Source of the DNA: an uncultured virus (IMG/VR IMGVR_UViG_3300042465_003139)
Taxonomy: Duplodnaviria > Heunggongvirae > Uroviricota > Caudoviricetes
DNA length: 64,000 nt
Virus record (IMG/VR): IMGVR_UViG_3300042465_003139
Reading direction: 5' to 3' (one strand)
Positions 40,026 to 49,583 of this stretch are shown here, piece by piece. A program made the translations under genes and the position numbers. The stretch's first letter is position 1. Each line of letters starts with the position of its first letter. Under the pieces are notes generated by a model. The model was not told where the DNA came from, searched no databases, and saw nothing but the letters and a program-made list of their open reading frames with translations.

Positions 40026-40466
40026 ATGAAACTATACATGTTCTTTGCTTTGCTGATTGCAATTGTAGTTCCAGCACATGCACAAAAAACACCACAGGGT
40101 GCAACCTATGACGCTAAGATCGTTCGTGTAAGTGACGGCGATACAATTGTCATAGCGGCTCCCTTTCTTCCCGCACCACTCAAGCCTGAACTTGCGGTTA
40201 GAATCTATGGAGTTGACACACCAGAAAAAGGACACCGCGCACAATGTCCTTCTGAAGAAAAACGAGGACAAGCCGCAAGCGCATTCACAAAGAATGCAGT
40301 TGCAACTACACAAAAACATCAGGTTATACTCTACGGTTGGGACAAGTTCGGTGGTCGTGTATTGGGAGATATCATTCTGAATGGAACAAGCCTTCGTTCG
40401 GAATTAATTCGTAATGGTTTCGCTAGAGAATATTTTGGCGATGCAAAACAGTCTTGGTGCAATTAA
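40026..40466 (+). CDS. secreted thermonuclease (SNase-like)
   Basis: signal peptide; VSDGDT, RIYGVDTPE, DKFGGRVLG. Confidence 0.88.
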   Translation: MKLYMFFALLIAIVVPAHAQKTPQGATYDAKIVRVSDGDTIVIAAPFLPAPLKPELAVRIYGVDTPEKGHRAQCPSEEKRGQAASAFTKNAVATTQKHQVILYGWDKFGGRVLGDIILNGTSLRSELIRNGFAREYFGDAKQSWCN

Positions 40467-41096
40467 ATGTTTTTAGTTGGCAATATACCAAGAGTTCGTT
40501 GTTACATAAGAAAAGAATATCTCTATGACTTTGAAAAAGGTCATGGAGAATATGTGCCGTGTATTTGGGTATCAATCAAGTCAATGAGCCGTAGAGCATT
40601 TTTCATTGAATCTTATTTGCCTGAGTATGGCGCATTGTATGATAAACTTCCATTAGATGCTTACGTAAGCAGAAATTCTAATTTAGATAGAGATAAATTT
40701 TTACCTCTAGATTATTTACAGATATGGGATTGTTTATCTTATGATTTCACAGTAATACAAAAATCGTTTTTAGCAAATCTGAGTGGAAAATTTTACGCAA
40801 AGGATAAACAATGGTATCCGGGCAACTACATGTTTACTGTTGATAATTGTGCGTCAGATGAATACTTAGATATGGGAGATAGTGAAAATCCAGAAGACCA
40901 TAAATCATATAACTTTTTAGAACTTGAAAATGGTCAGTATGCGGCACAGCCAAATAATCGCTGTATATTTCATGATGCGGCAAGCAATCCTAAAGAACTG
41001 AAGTTTCCGGACTTTAAGGTTTGCACAAGAAAATATGTTGTGGAACAAAATCCTAAGTGGGCATTGGGAGACTCTACAACAGTAATGTATGAATAA
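40467..41096 (+). CDS. conserved hypothetical protein
   Basis: YGALYDKLP...QIWDC...HKS.N..LENGQYAAQPNNR. Confidence 0.75.
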   Translation: MFLVGNIPRVRCYIRKEYLYDFEKGHGEYVPCIWVSIKSMSRRAFFIESYLPEYGALYDKLPLDAYVSRNSNLDRDKFLPLDYLQIWDCLSYDFTVIQKSFLANLSGKFYAKDKQWYPGNYMFTVDNCASDEYLDMGDSENPEDHKSYNFLELENGQYAAQPNNRCIFHDAASNPKELKFPDFKVCTRKYVVEQNPKWALGDSTTVMYE

Positions 41097-41111
41097 GAGG
41101 AATTAAAACGT

Positions 41112-41336
41112 ATGGCACATTACACAGTATTTTGCGAAGATTGCGGTTCTGAATATACCGTTGCAGGACTAGAATTAAGAGATCCACCATCAACTTGCAC
41201 ATTTTGTGGAAGTAAACTTGAAGACACAAACGTAACTGAGCAAGAAGATTTGGGGGAATGGTCAGAAGAAGATTGGGATAAATTAGCCGATGAAGGCTTA
41301 GATGATGATGAGTGGAAGTGGGAAGGTAAAGACTAA
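41112..41336 (+). CDS. zinc-ribbon protein with acidic tail
   Basis: CEDC...CTFC. Confidence 0.7.
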   Translation: MAHYTVFCEDCGSEYTVAGLELRDPPSTCTFCGSKLEDTNVTEQEDLGEWSEEDWDKLADEGLDDDEWKWEGKD

Positions 41337-41339
41337 ACA

Positions 41340-41810
41340 ATGGAAGAAAAATCCAACTCAGCAAAAGGTAGAGATAGTTACGATACAAATATAGGTAACT
41401 CAGTTGTTGCGTTTTTTAATAGAAACGCAACACCTTATCCGACTGAAGTTGGAGGACCAGCGTTTGATCTTATACCAATCACAAAACAAAAAGACATAAT
41501 GGTTAATGTTGCCCGTATGCACGGACAACAAGAGTATAATCGAATTATGGAATTGGTGACTGTGTTACAGAAACAAGCCGAAAGTATTCGAAGACGGCTA
41601 GAAATAACTGACATGGTTCATGCCGCTAAATATGAGTTCCAAACATATCATGGAAATATTTACTGGCTTGTTTTTGATAGCAGAAAACAATTTACTAGAT
41701 TAGTGATGCATGGTCCGAATGATTGGAGCACCGGTGTTCCTCAAGAGTATAATTACATTTGTCGTGTTAAATGGTTGGGTGATTATACATGGGAAGAAGT
41801 TTTTGACTAA
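41340..41810 (+). CDS. DUF2452-like hypothetical protein
   Basis: PYPTEVGGPAF, coiled coil, G.IYWL...GPNDW. Confidence 0.6.
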   Translation: MEEKSNSAKGRDSYDTNIGNSVVAFFNRNATPYPTEVGGPAFDLIPITKQKDIMVNVARMHGQQEYNRIMELVTVLQKQAESIRRRLEITDMVHAAKYEFQTYHGNIYWLVFDSRKQFTRLVMHGPNDWSTGVPQEYNYICRVKWLGDYTWEEVFD

Positions 41811-41819
41811 GAGGTATGA

Positions 41820-42377
41820 ATGATTATTGCAGGCATTGATTATTCAATGACCTCACCAGCAATCTGTATTTACGATACAGACAAAGAATTCAAATTTGAA
41901 AATTGTGATTTTTTCTTTATGACTCAACTCAAAAAGTATGATGATTCACCATTAGACAATGTTCATGGTCAATATTTTGAGTATAATGACAGTATGCATC
42001 GATATGACTTGATTTCTAGTTACTTTATTGATAAAATATTAGATAGCGGTGTGGTCAGCGTTTTCATCGAAGATTATTCGTTGGGATCAAAAGGCAAAGT
42101 ATTTCACATAGCAGAGAATACAGGAGTGTTGAAGTACCGATTATGGATGCTTCAAATTCCAGTTGTTGCGGTACCGCCTACCGTGATTAAGAAATTTGCA
42201 ACCGGTAAAGGTAATGCAAACAAAGAGAGAATGCAAGAGGTATTTGAAGAACAAAATTCCGTTAGACTCAAAGATGTTTTACACATGACTGAGAAGCAAT
42301 GGAATCCTTCTTCCGATCTAATTGATTCTTATTACATATGCAAATATGGAGTTCATCACTTGACGAACACTATATAA
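41820..42377 (+). CDS. RuvC-like (RNase H fold) nuclease/resolvase
   Basis: GIDYSMTSP, FIEDYS, IKKFATGKGNANKE, DLIDSY. Confidence 0.8.
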   Translation: MIIAGIDYSMTSPAICIYDTDKEFKFENCDFFFMTQLKKYDDSPLDNVHGQYFEYNDSMHRYDLISSYFIDKILDSGVVSVFIEDYSLGSKGKVFHIAENTGVLKYRLWMLQIPVVAVPPTVIKKFATGKGNANKERMQEVFEEQNSVRLKDVLHMTEKQWNPSSDLIDSYYICKYGVHHLTNTI

Positions 42378-42406
42378 AAATGTTATAATAACAAAAGTGG
42401 AGTATT

Positions 42407-43042
42407 ATGAAGAAAAACAGTTTACTTAATCTTCTTTCAGGTGATGCAGGAGTTGACAGCAAACCCATCGGTCTATTACATACATTCTATCTGAGTGGTA
42501 CGATAGAAGAATCGAAAGAATATACCGAATGGTTTGATACAATTCGAAACGCAGGAGAGACAGACATTGTTAAAATTCACATAAATTCTCCAGGCGGTGA
42601 TCTATTTACTGCAATTCAATTTATGAGAGTTCTAGCAGAATCAAGTGCCACAATTGTGGTATCAGTAGAAGGCGCATGTATGTCTGCGGCTACAATGATT
42701 TTTCTAGCAGGAGAAAATTTTGAAGTATCTGAACATTCTATGTTCATGTTTCATAATTACTCTGGTATGGCAATAGGCAAAGGCGGAGAAATGTATGACA
42801 ACATTGTGCATGAACGTAAGTGGTCAGAAAATATTCTACGTAGTGTATATGATGACTTCTTGACAGAAGATGAAATTAAATCCATACTAGATAATAAAGA
42901 TATCTGGATGGACGGACAAGAAGTTATTAAAAGAATCAAATTGAAGACTGATAAAATACTGAAGAAGGTGACGAAACAAAATGAGCCAAAACCAAGAGCA
43001 AGAAAACCTGCAACAAAGTCCACAAAGCGACCAGCAAAATAA
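42407..43042 (+). CDS. ClpP-like serine protease
   Basis: INSPGG, CMSAAT, MFHN; promoter TTGACG-18-TATAAT at 42360-42389. Confidence 0.85.
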   Translation: MKKNSLLNLLSGDAGVDSKPIGLLHTFYLSGTIEESKEYTEWFDTIRNAGETDIVKIHINSPGGDLFTAIQFMRVLAESSATIVVSVEGACMSAATMIFLAGENFEVSEHSMFMFHNYSGMAIGKGGEMYDNIVHERKWSENILRSVYDDFLTEDEIKSILDNKDIWMDGQEVIKRIKLKTDKILKKVTKQNEPKPRARKPATKSTKRPAK

Positions 43043-43748
43043 AAGTTTATTTCTAGTATCTTCTGCAATACACACTAAACATGGTGTGTATGATGCTGAG
43101 GCTAGACTGAATCAAACAATCGAAACTTGTAAATCGATTAAATCTAGATGTAACGCAGATATCATTCTTCTGGATGGTGGAGAAAAATCTCTAACCATAG
43201 AAGAAAAGAAAATTTTATCTGATTACATTCATAGATTTTATGATTTTACTGAAGAAGATACAGTAAAACAAATTCAAAAAATTGATAATTGGGATGTTGT
43301 GAAGAACATGATTGAGGTTGTCATGTTTGGATCGTTCTTTGATCTAATGTCAACTACAAATTTAAAGTTACCTCATTACGATAGAATTTTCAAAATGAGT
43401 GGGCGATATACTTTAACCGATGAATTTGATCATGACTTTCATCTTCAACAAGAAGGTAAGATTGTAATTCGGGGTCCATATACTTCTCAATTCAATTCTA
43501 CAATTACTGGTGGCGTTACTCTACAATACATGAGTAGACTCTGGAGTTTTGATTCTTGTCATTTAGAATATATTCGCGATACCTACGTTGATATGTTTAA
43601 TCATATGAATGAACGGCTGAACAATGGCGGATATATTGACATTGAACATTTGCTATATCATCACCTGCATCACACATTGATAGTGACACCAAAACGAATT
43701 GGTGTGCAAGGAAACATTGCACCAAATGGTCATGCTATAATGGAATAG
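42981..43748 (+). CDS. glycosyltransferase-like hypothetical protein
   Basis: RL.QT.ET..SI, IFKMSGRY, DIEH pattern. Confidence 0.55.
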   Translation: MSQNQEQENLQQSPQSDQQNKSLFLVSSAIHTKHGVYDAEARLNQTIETCKSIKSRCNADIILLDGGEKSLTIEEKKILSDYIHRFYDFTEEDTVKQIQKIDNWDVVKNMIEVVMFGSFFDLMSTTNLKLPHYDRIFKMSGRYTLTDEFDHDFHLQQEGKIVIRGPYTSQFNSTITGGVTLQYMSRLWSFDSCHLEYIRDTYVDMFNHMNERLNNGGYIDIEHLLYHHLHHTLIVTPKRIGVQGNIAPNGHAIME

Positions 43749-43750
43749 AT

Positions 43751-44578
43751 ATGAACTATAAAATTTTTCAGATTTGCTTTGAGCCTAGACAGATTGAATT
43801 GATTCAATCTCCACTAACTGCATTTGACAATACTGCAAACGAAAAACCTGAACTGAGAGAATATCACTCTTTTGTAAAGGCAACAGAAAATGGTAGCACA
43901 GATGGGTTAGATGCTTGGGGTTTCTTAGGTCCTCGATGGGAAGCAAAACTTAAATATTCTGCGGATGAAATTAAACGTGCTATTGATGAAAATTCAGAAA
44001 ACGATGTTTGGATTTTTAATCATGCAAGAGCGGTTAATTCATTAACATACAATGTATGGGAACAAGGCGAATTCTTTCATAAAGGACTTAGAAAAGTTGC
44101 TGAAGAAGTATTGACTGTTGCTGGATTTGATAATAGTGCGATTAATGCATTTATGACAGAACACAATACTTGTTATTGCAGTTACTTTGTTGCACGTAAA
44201 GAGTTTTGGGAAGATTATATCGATTTTCTCTCTCGCATTATTGTTGCAACTGATGCTTTGCCTGAAGACGTAAAAGAAATCTATAATAGTAGTGCAAACT
44301 ATGCGAGAGACAATACTCTGAATATGTTTCCATTCTTAGTTGAAAGATTGTTTTCAACATTTTTAGTATTGAGACATAGTAAATACAAAGTATATGCAAA
44401 GCCATATGACTACTCCGTATATGAAAGCCAAGTTGGTGAATTTACTCGCGTGTTACATTCGCTGAATGTTTTAAAAAATCATGTTGTTGAACAAGATTCT
44501 GAAATTACATTTAACGCATGGAATGCAATTCGTATGCATTTTGTGAAAACACAACCTCAGTTGTTTAATTTGGACTAA
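43751..44578 (+). CDS. glycosyltransferase-like hypothetical protein
   Basis: LREY, YFVARKEFW, FLVERLFS pattern. Confidence 0.55.
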   Translation: MNYKIFQICFEPRQIELIQSPLTAFDNTANEKPELREYHSFVKATENGSTDGLDAWGFLGPRWEAKLKYSADEIKRAIDENSENDVWIFNHARAVNSLTYNVWEQGEFFHKGLRKVAEEVLTVAGFDNSAINAFMTEHNTCYCSYFVARKEFWEDYIDFLSRIIVATDALPEDVKEIYNSSANYARDNTLNMFPFLVERLFSTFLVLRHSKYKVYAKPYDYSVYESQVGEFTRVLHSLNVLKNHVVEQDSEITFNAWNAIRMHFVKTQPQLFNLD

Positions 44579-44579
44579 T

Positions 44580-44870
44580 ATGTTGAATGATTTATTTCGC
44601 CCCACTATAGAATGGATAAAAGATGACTGGAATTCTCACCCTTTTCGTTTTGTCGTTGAGTTGTTTGCTTGGGCTATTTCTATTGGCTGTTCAATTGCCA
44701 TGGCTCTCACAGTCCCGAATCCGCCCTTACTTATTCTTTACCCTATTTGGATCATCGGCTGCGGTCTCTATGCTTGGGCTGCTTTTACTCGGAAATCTTT
44801 TGGGATGTTGGCTAACTACCTCTTGTTAACAACTATTGATACTATTGGATTAATAAGGATGATATTATGA
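44580..44870 (+). CDS. small multi-TM membrane protein
   Basis: three hydrophobic segments. Confidence 0.7.
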   Translation: MLNDLFRPTIEWIKDDWNSHPFRFVVELFAWAISIGCSIAMALTVPNPPLLILYPIWIIGCGLYAWAAFTRKSFGMLANYLLLTTIDTIGLIRMIL

Positions 44871-45622
44871 TAATTGATAATTTGGATTATTTAGAAAATA
44901 AAAAACTGATGGAATCTTTAGATTTTAATCGGCATGAGATAATTCCAGTTGTGCTGGACGCATTGACATATTCTTTACATAAACTTGATGATAACATTTT
45001 TAATGCTCTTCAAGAAGAAATTGACGATATGTTGAAAACAAATTTTAATAATGAATTTGCATATAATGAAAGATTGGCAGGAAGTATTAGACATGAATAT
45101 AAATTGAAAAGTCATGAACTAATAAATTCTTACTTGGATGAAGTAATGCCAAAATTTTGGATGGCTAATAGATTTCCAGAAGATTCGGATGTTTATAATA
45201 GTTATTGGAGACTGCAAAAAAATAAAGATGAATATGATGTTTGGGTAAATTTTCAAAAAAAACATGAATATAATCCTCTACATGCACATTCTGGAGACTT
45301 AAGTTTTGTCATATGGATGAAAATGCCATATGATAGACAAGCAGAAATGAACTATGAAAACATTAAATTAAAAAGAGAATCTGATGTATTTGCCGCGTCT
45401 TCTTTCACATTCAGATGGAATTCATTACGAGGTGGAATAAAAAGACATACCATTCCTTTAGATAAATCTTATGAAGGAATAATGGCAATTTTTCCTTCGA
45501 ATTTAATGCATGAAGTATATCCATTTTATACTTCAGATGATTACCGAATTTCTATATCCGGAAATATTGTTGCATATCCTAAAGATACGATTGAATCTAG
45601 AAAATATTTTTTAGGTAAATAA
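44867..45622 (+). CDS. putative 2OG-Fe(II) oxygenase
   Basis: WVNFQ..HEYNPLHAH, FPS.L.HEV.PF, RISISGN. Confidence 0.8.
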   Translation: MIIDNLDYLENKKLMESLDFNRHEIIPVVLDALTYSLHKLDDNIFNALQEEIDDMLKTNFNNEFAYNERLAGSIRHEYKLKSHELINSYLDEVMPKFWMANRFPEDSDVYNSYWRLQKNKDEYDVWVNFQKKHEYNPLHAHSGDLSFVIWMKMPYDRQAEMNYENIKLKRESDVFAASSFTFRWNSLRGGIKRHTIPLDKSYEGIMAIFPSNLMHEVYPFYTSDDYRISISGNIVAYPKDTIESRKYFLGK

Positions 45623-45644
45623 ACTTTATGATTGAAAAAATATT

Positions 45645-45833
45645 ATGAGATTTTGGTTGATTTGGGCAAGAGCGACAAATCACTTGATGGGTAAGACGGA
45701 TGAAGACAAACCTGATGTTCCTATTCTTACCATCAGAGAAGCACACGTAGCATTGACATTGAAGACGTTTTGGGTTATAATACATGTTATCACATGTTTT
45801 TTTATTATGGCGAACGTCATACACAACTGGTAG
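45645..45833 (+). CDS. small membrane protein
   Basis: W.IWARA...hydrophobic C-terminus ending IHNW. Confidence 0.65.
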   Translation: MRFWLIWARATNHLMGKTDEDKPDVPILTIREAHVALTLKTFWVIIHVITCFFIMANVIHNW

Positions 45834-45839
45834 AATACT

Positions 45840-46172
45840 ATGGAATACTGTCCTGACAAATGGGTAATGTTGAAGTTTGTGACTGAGGGTCAGACTACAT
45901 ACAAAATATTAGCATCATGGCTTGAAACTTTTCTGGATGGTGCTGAATGGAAATTGAATAGTGGTTGCACAAAGATTGAAGAAGATGGTGACTGGTATCT
46001 TTTTTATGGCTATAGTGGTAGTGTTTATCGGTGTCACAAAAAACTGTATGGTATGACAGGATACACAATGGGCATTTACTCACGCTGGCAAAACCAAATT
46101 GATGAGAGTGCAGGCGCAACTATGGAACTTGTGTCAGAAGAAACTAACTTTATGGAGATTCGTTATGGGTAA
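45840..46172 (+). CDS. conserved phage hypothetical protein
   Basis: PDKWV...WKLNSG...GYSGSVYRC. Confidence 0.75.
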   Translation: MEYCPDKWVMLKFVTEGQTTYKILASWLETFLDGAEWKLNSGCTKIEEDGDWYLFYGYSGSVYRCHKKLYGMTGYTMGIYSRWQNQIDESAGATMELVSEETNFMEIRYG

Positions 46173-46653
46173 GCAATGGATTATTTCTTTGGAAGAAGAC
46201 CCTGAAACAGGCGATTTGATTCTTCCTTTAAATGATGATATACTAGAAGATGCAGGTTGGAAAACTGGTGACACAATCGAATGGATTGATAACAAAGATG
46301 GATCATGGACTATGAGAAAGAAAGAAGAAACTCAATGGGTTCTTGTTGAAACAGTTTCTATGTTTCGCGAACGCTACATGGTAGAAGTGCCTGTGGGTAC
46401 TGATAGATATGGTAAAGACAAATCGCTGTGGGCGTTGGATACCGTTGCGCTAGAAGAAGCAAAAGAATTTTCACAAAAACACTTGGGTGAGACAATCACA
46501 TCGCATCGCGTTGTGACAAAAGAAGAGGCATTGCAACTGTGTGATGAAGACAATGACTACGCAAAAGTTTGGGCTGATGAAAAAAAGGTAGAAGCATTCT
46601 TCACAACAAAAGAAGAACACATTCAAGAGGATAGTTATGACTCTACCAGATGA
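46165..46653 (+). CDS. AbrB/MazE-like N-terminal domain protein
   Basis: GDLILPL.DDIL...GW.GD.IEW. Confidence 0.6.
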   Translation: MGKQWIISLEEDPETGDLILPLNDDILEDAGWKTGDTIEWIDNKDGSWTMRKKEETQWVLVETVSMFRERYMVEVPVGTDRYGKDKSLWALDTVALEEAKEFSQKHLGETITSHRVVTKEEALQLCDEDNDYAKVWADEKKVEAFFTTKEEHIQEDSYDSTR

Positions 46654-46870
46654 GCGATATCGCGCACTCAAGTGCGGTAAAGAATTTCTTTATGATCTGA
46701 TTAATCCAAAGAAAACTCCAAGGGTACCAAAAGATATTCGTAGACAAGCATTGTGGGTACTGAGACACTATCCAGATGACTATCAATTGGAACTACTTCC
46801 AAAGGTATTGCCTCAATGGTTTGATGATAAGCCATTTATGGTTCGAATTCAGGAGAAAGAAAATGCCTGA
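46637..46870 (+). CDS. BPSL0761-like small protein
   Basis: MTLPDERYRA...PRVP..IR..A..LRHYP. Confidence 0.65.
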   Translation: MTLPDERYRALKCGKEFLYDLINPKKTPRVPKDIRRQALWVLRHYPDDYQLELLPKVLPQWFDDKPFMVRIQEKENA

Positions 46871-47042
46871 AGAAAATAAAACGTTCAACGATGAAGATGT
46901 TTATCGTTTTTTGAAAGATTTACTTCACCCTGAAATGTATGGGTGGGCTGTTACTGCTGAAGTTCGAGACAGAGCGAGAGAATTACTAGGCAAAGAAAGA
47001 GTGGAGACAAAACATGAAAGTTTACATCGGTCCATATACTAA
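46863..47042 (+). CDS. hypothetical protein
   Basis: AGGAG RBS; LLHPEMYGWAVTAEVRD.AR. Confidence 0.65.
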   Translation: MPEENKTFNDEDVYRFLKDLLHPEMYGWAVTAEVRDRARELLGKERVETKHESLHRSIY

Positions 47043-47781
47043 TTGGTTTGGTCCTTATCAATTAGCAGAAAAACTTTGCTTTTGGGCAAAGAACGAAAAG
47101 GACGAATACGGGTTCGAACGCAAACCTGATTGGGTTCACAATTTTGGTGAATGGCTTGCATATGGTAGTGTAGAGCCTGATCCTGTGCCAGGACAACCTG
47201 TAAGAAAATTTATAGATGATCGTCCAGAAACTTGGCTTTATAAATTTTTAAGTTGGATCGAATCTTTCAAAAAGCGCATTGTCTATGTAAAGATTGATCG
47301 CTACGATACATGGAATATGGATTCTACTTTGAATCCTATCATTCTACCTATGCTGAAACAATTGAAAGAAACTAAACACGGCTCTCAATTGATTGAAGAT
47401 GAAGATGTTCCCGAAAAGTTTCGCACCACATACAATGCATATGATTGGGATCAACTTGAACTCTTTCCAGAAAAGAAAGAAGCGGCAGATGAAGCGGCAA
47501 GTGATCTTGTTCACATGCGTTGGGACTATATCATGGATGAAATGATTTGGGCATTCGAGCAATTGTCTACTGATTGGGAATCACAATTTCATACTGGTAA
47601 AACCGACTTCTACAATGAAGTGTGTGAATGGGATGAAAATGGCAAACCTAAACTGTATCGCCTAAAAGAAGGTCCTGAACATACCTCTGTATTTGATGCT
47701 GAAGGCTATACAAAACATTCTGAAAGAATTGATAATGGATTGCGTCTTTTCGGTAAATACTATCGTGGGCTTTGGGATTGA
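47014..47781 (+). CDS. conserved hypothetical protein
   Basis: DTWNMD.TL..II.PML.QL...GL.LFGKYY..LWD. Confidence 0.75.
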   Translation: MKVYIGPYTNWFGPYQLAEKLCFWAKNEKDEYGFERKPDWVHNFGEWLAYGSVEPDPVPGQPVRKFIDDRPETWLYKFLSWIESFKKRIVYVKIDRYDTWNMDSTLNPIILPMLKQLKETKHGSQLIEDEDVPEKFRTTYNAYDWDQLELFPEKKEAADEAASDLVHMRWDYIMDEMIWAFEQLSTDWESQFHTGKTDFYNEVCEWDENGKPKLYRLKEGPEHTSVFDAEGYTKHSERIDNGLRLFGKYYRGLWD

Positions 47782-47789
47782 TATAAATA
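47782..47789 (+). promoter_or_regulatory. T4-type late promoter
   Basis: TATAAATA. Confidence 0.7.
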
Positions 47790-47824
47790 CATGTTCAATG
47801 TTTAATTACTTAGAGGAGTAAGTT

Positions 47825-48133
47825 ATGATAGAAATTATTGTTGTTTTAATTGCTGTTGTCGTTCTTGGTGCAGTTTGGTACGCTAATCGCGGAACTGGAT
47901 TTGATACCAATAAAGATGGCAAAATTGATCTTAAAGATGCTGGCGTTGCTTTAGAGCAAACCGCAAAGGTCGTGGTTGATGAAGCCAAAAAGACAGCCGA
48001 TCTAAACAAAGATGGTAAAGTAGATTCTGCTGATGCTAAAGTTGCAGTTCAGGCAGTCAAGACAACTGCCACAAAGGCTAAAGCCGCAGTCAAAGCAAAA
48101 ACTACTCGCAAACCAAGAGCACCAAAGGCTTAA
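47825..48133 (+). CDS. membrane-anchored protein with two EF-hand-like loops and Lys/Ala-rich tail
   Basis: N-terminal TM; DTNKDGKIDLKD and DLNKDGKVDSAD. Confidence 0.75.
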   Translation: MIEIIVVLIAVVVLGAVWYANRGTGFDTNKDGKIDLKDAGVALEQTAKVVVDEAKKTADLNKDGKVDSADAKVAVQAVKTTATKAKAAVKAKTTRKPRAPKA

Positions 48134-48144
48134 GGTTTATAAAA

Positions 48145-48176
48145 AATGCCGTATATCCGAAAGGCTATACGGCATT
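48145..48176. terminator. terminator between convergent units
   Basis: AATGCCGTATA...TATACGGCATT inverted repeat with flanking A-run. Confidence 0.75.
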
Positions 48177-48179
48177 ACT

Positions 48180-48302
48180 TTATGGTAAAAATCTGAAGCC
48201 ATCAACAAGCCATGATGCAATCATTACGCCGCAAATAACTTTAAGCAATTTATCAAAGTTATCCTTGTAATCGAAAACTTCGTATTTGTGATCTGGTTTC
48301 AT
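48180..48302 (-). CDS. 40-aa membrane peptide
   Basis: MKPDHKYEVFDYKDNFDKLLKVICGVMIASWLVDGFRFLP; ATGA-coupled to upstream ORF. Confidence 0.55.
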   Translation of the reverse strand: MKPDHKYEVFDYKDNFDKLLKVICGVMIASWLVDGFRFLP

Positions 48303-48793
48303 CTGCCGCAACCTATTGCTTTACAGTAATCTATAAACTCTAGCAAGCCCCAACCCACCCCAATAAAAAAGACAACAATAAAGAGTATACCAAAAGTCCA
48401 TTCAAGAGCCTCTTGTAATTCTCTCTTGCGTTTAGCCTCGGCTTCTTTTGCTTTTCTAGCCTCATGTGCGGCTTCAACATCCATAGCGGCACTTCTCATT
48501 TTTATTTTATTCCACACATCAATCTTGCCGGCTTGCATGAATAGTAATTGTAATTCCTTTTCGAATTGAACGGCTTGATCCAAAGCCATTTCAATTTCAA
48601 TTGCCGCCCCCATACTAGATTTTTTGCCACTATTCTTTGCTTCTACGGCTGCCTTTGACGCTACACTTTTTGCGTCAAAGTATTTACCTAGCACAGGACC
48701 TAAAGACGAAACATCATCTACAGTCTTTGATACTTTTTTAATTAATGCTACTGCTGACTGTATGCCCGCAAGTGCTGTTATTGGATCAATCAT
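48299..48793 (-). CDS. coiled-coil protein with C-terminal TM
   Basis: MIDPITALAG start, C-terminal hydrophobic helix. Confidence 0.75.
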   Translation of the reverse strand: MIDPITALAGIQSAVALIKKVSKTVDDVSSLGPVLGKYFDAKSVASKAAVEAKNSGKKSSMGAAIEIEMALDQAVQFEKELQLLFMQAGKIDVWNKIKMRSAAMDVEAAHEARKAKEAEAKRKRELQEALEWTFGILFIVVFFIGVGWGLLEFIDYCKAIGCGR

Positions 48794-49029
48794 TTTTCTA
48801 CCTTACATATATTTTTGTATAATCTATTCGAACAATCTTTTTCTTTCCATTCTAAACACACAACTTTACGATTGTAAACATCTCCGAACCAAGTCCAACG
48901 AATACATTCGTATACTGGAGGTTCTTTCTGTTTAGACAATGCTTGCGACACATAAAAAAGGCATAATGTAATCAATAAAACTTTACTGATTAGCAAGTGG
49001 GTTGTCCAATGCCTTTTTAATTTTGTCAT
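48790..49029 (-). CDS. small exported Cys-containing protein (start uncertain)
   Basis: hydrophobic signal then ECIRWTW.GDVYNRKVVCLEW. Confidence 0.6.
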   Translation of the reverse strand: MTKLKRHWTTHLLISKVLLITLCLFYVSQALSKQKEPPVYECIRWTWFGDVYNRKVVCLEWKEKDCSNRLYKNICKVEK

Positions 49030-49582
49030 CGACTTCCCTACGTAATGCGCGAATTTCTGTTGAAGTTTCTTTTTGAGTTTTTACTAATTCCGAATTCATC
49101 TCTTTAATTGATTGATCAGAATATCTACGAACTTCTTTGAGTGTTACATCAACCTCTCTTTTAATTTCTTTAATAGATGAATCTGTTAATCTTTGATCAG
49201 TTTTAGTGCCTCTCTCCACACTTTCAACAACACCTTCCAGTCTACGAATATCACTCTTTAAATCGTTCTTGATTTCATTTGTGTATTCTACTGTTTTGTT
49301 TGTGCTAACTTCTAGCACTTCAATCTTTTTGTAGATGCCTTCCAAATCTGGAGAAACGTATTCCGCAATCTTTTTCTTCATGCCTTGATAGTCTTTGTAG
49401 ACTTCAAACGCACCATAAAGTCCACCTAGTGTTGATGACACTAATGTGAACGCTACCATAAGTTTTGCTGGCGTGAATTCGTAACCACCAATGCTGATGA
49501 CGGTATCTTTACTCGCATATTTTTTCATTGCCGCTTCGGCGTCATCAATTTTTTTGTTTACGTCTACTTTTTCTTCTGACAT
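48983..49582 (-). CDS. membrane-anchored coiled-coil protein
   Basis: TM LGGLYGAFEVY, heptad repeats, ALDNPLA end. Confidence 0.75.
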   Translation of the reverse strand: MSEEKVDVNKKIDDAEAAMKKYASKDTVISIGGYEFTPAKLMVAFTLVSSTLGGLYGAFEVYKDYQGMKKKIAEYVSPDLEGIYKKIEVLEVSTNKTVEYTNEIKNDLKSDIRRLEGVVESVERGTKTDQRLTDSSIKEIKREVDVTLKEVRRYSDQSIKEMNSELVKTQKETSTEIRALRREVDDKIKKALDNPLANQ

Positions 49583-49583
49583 A

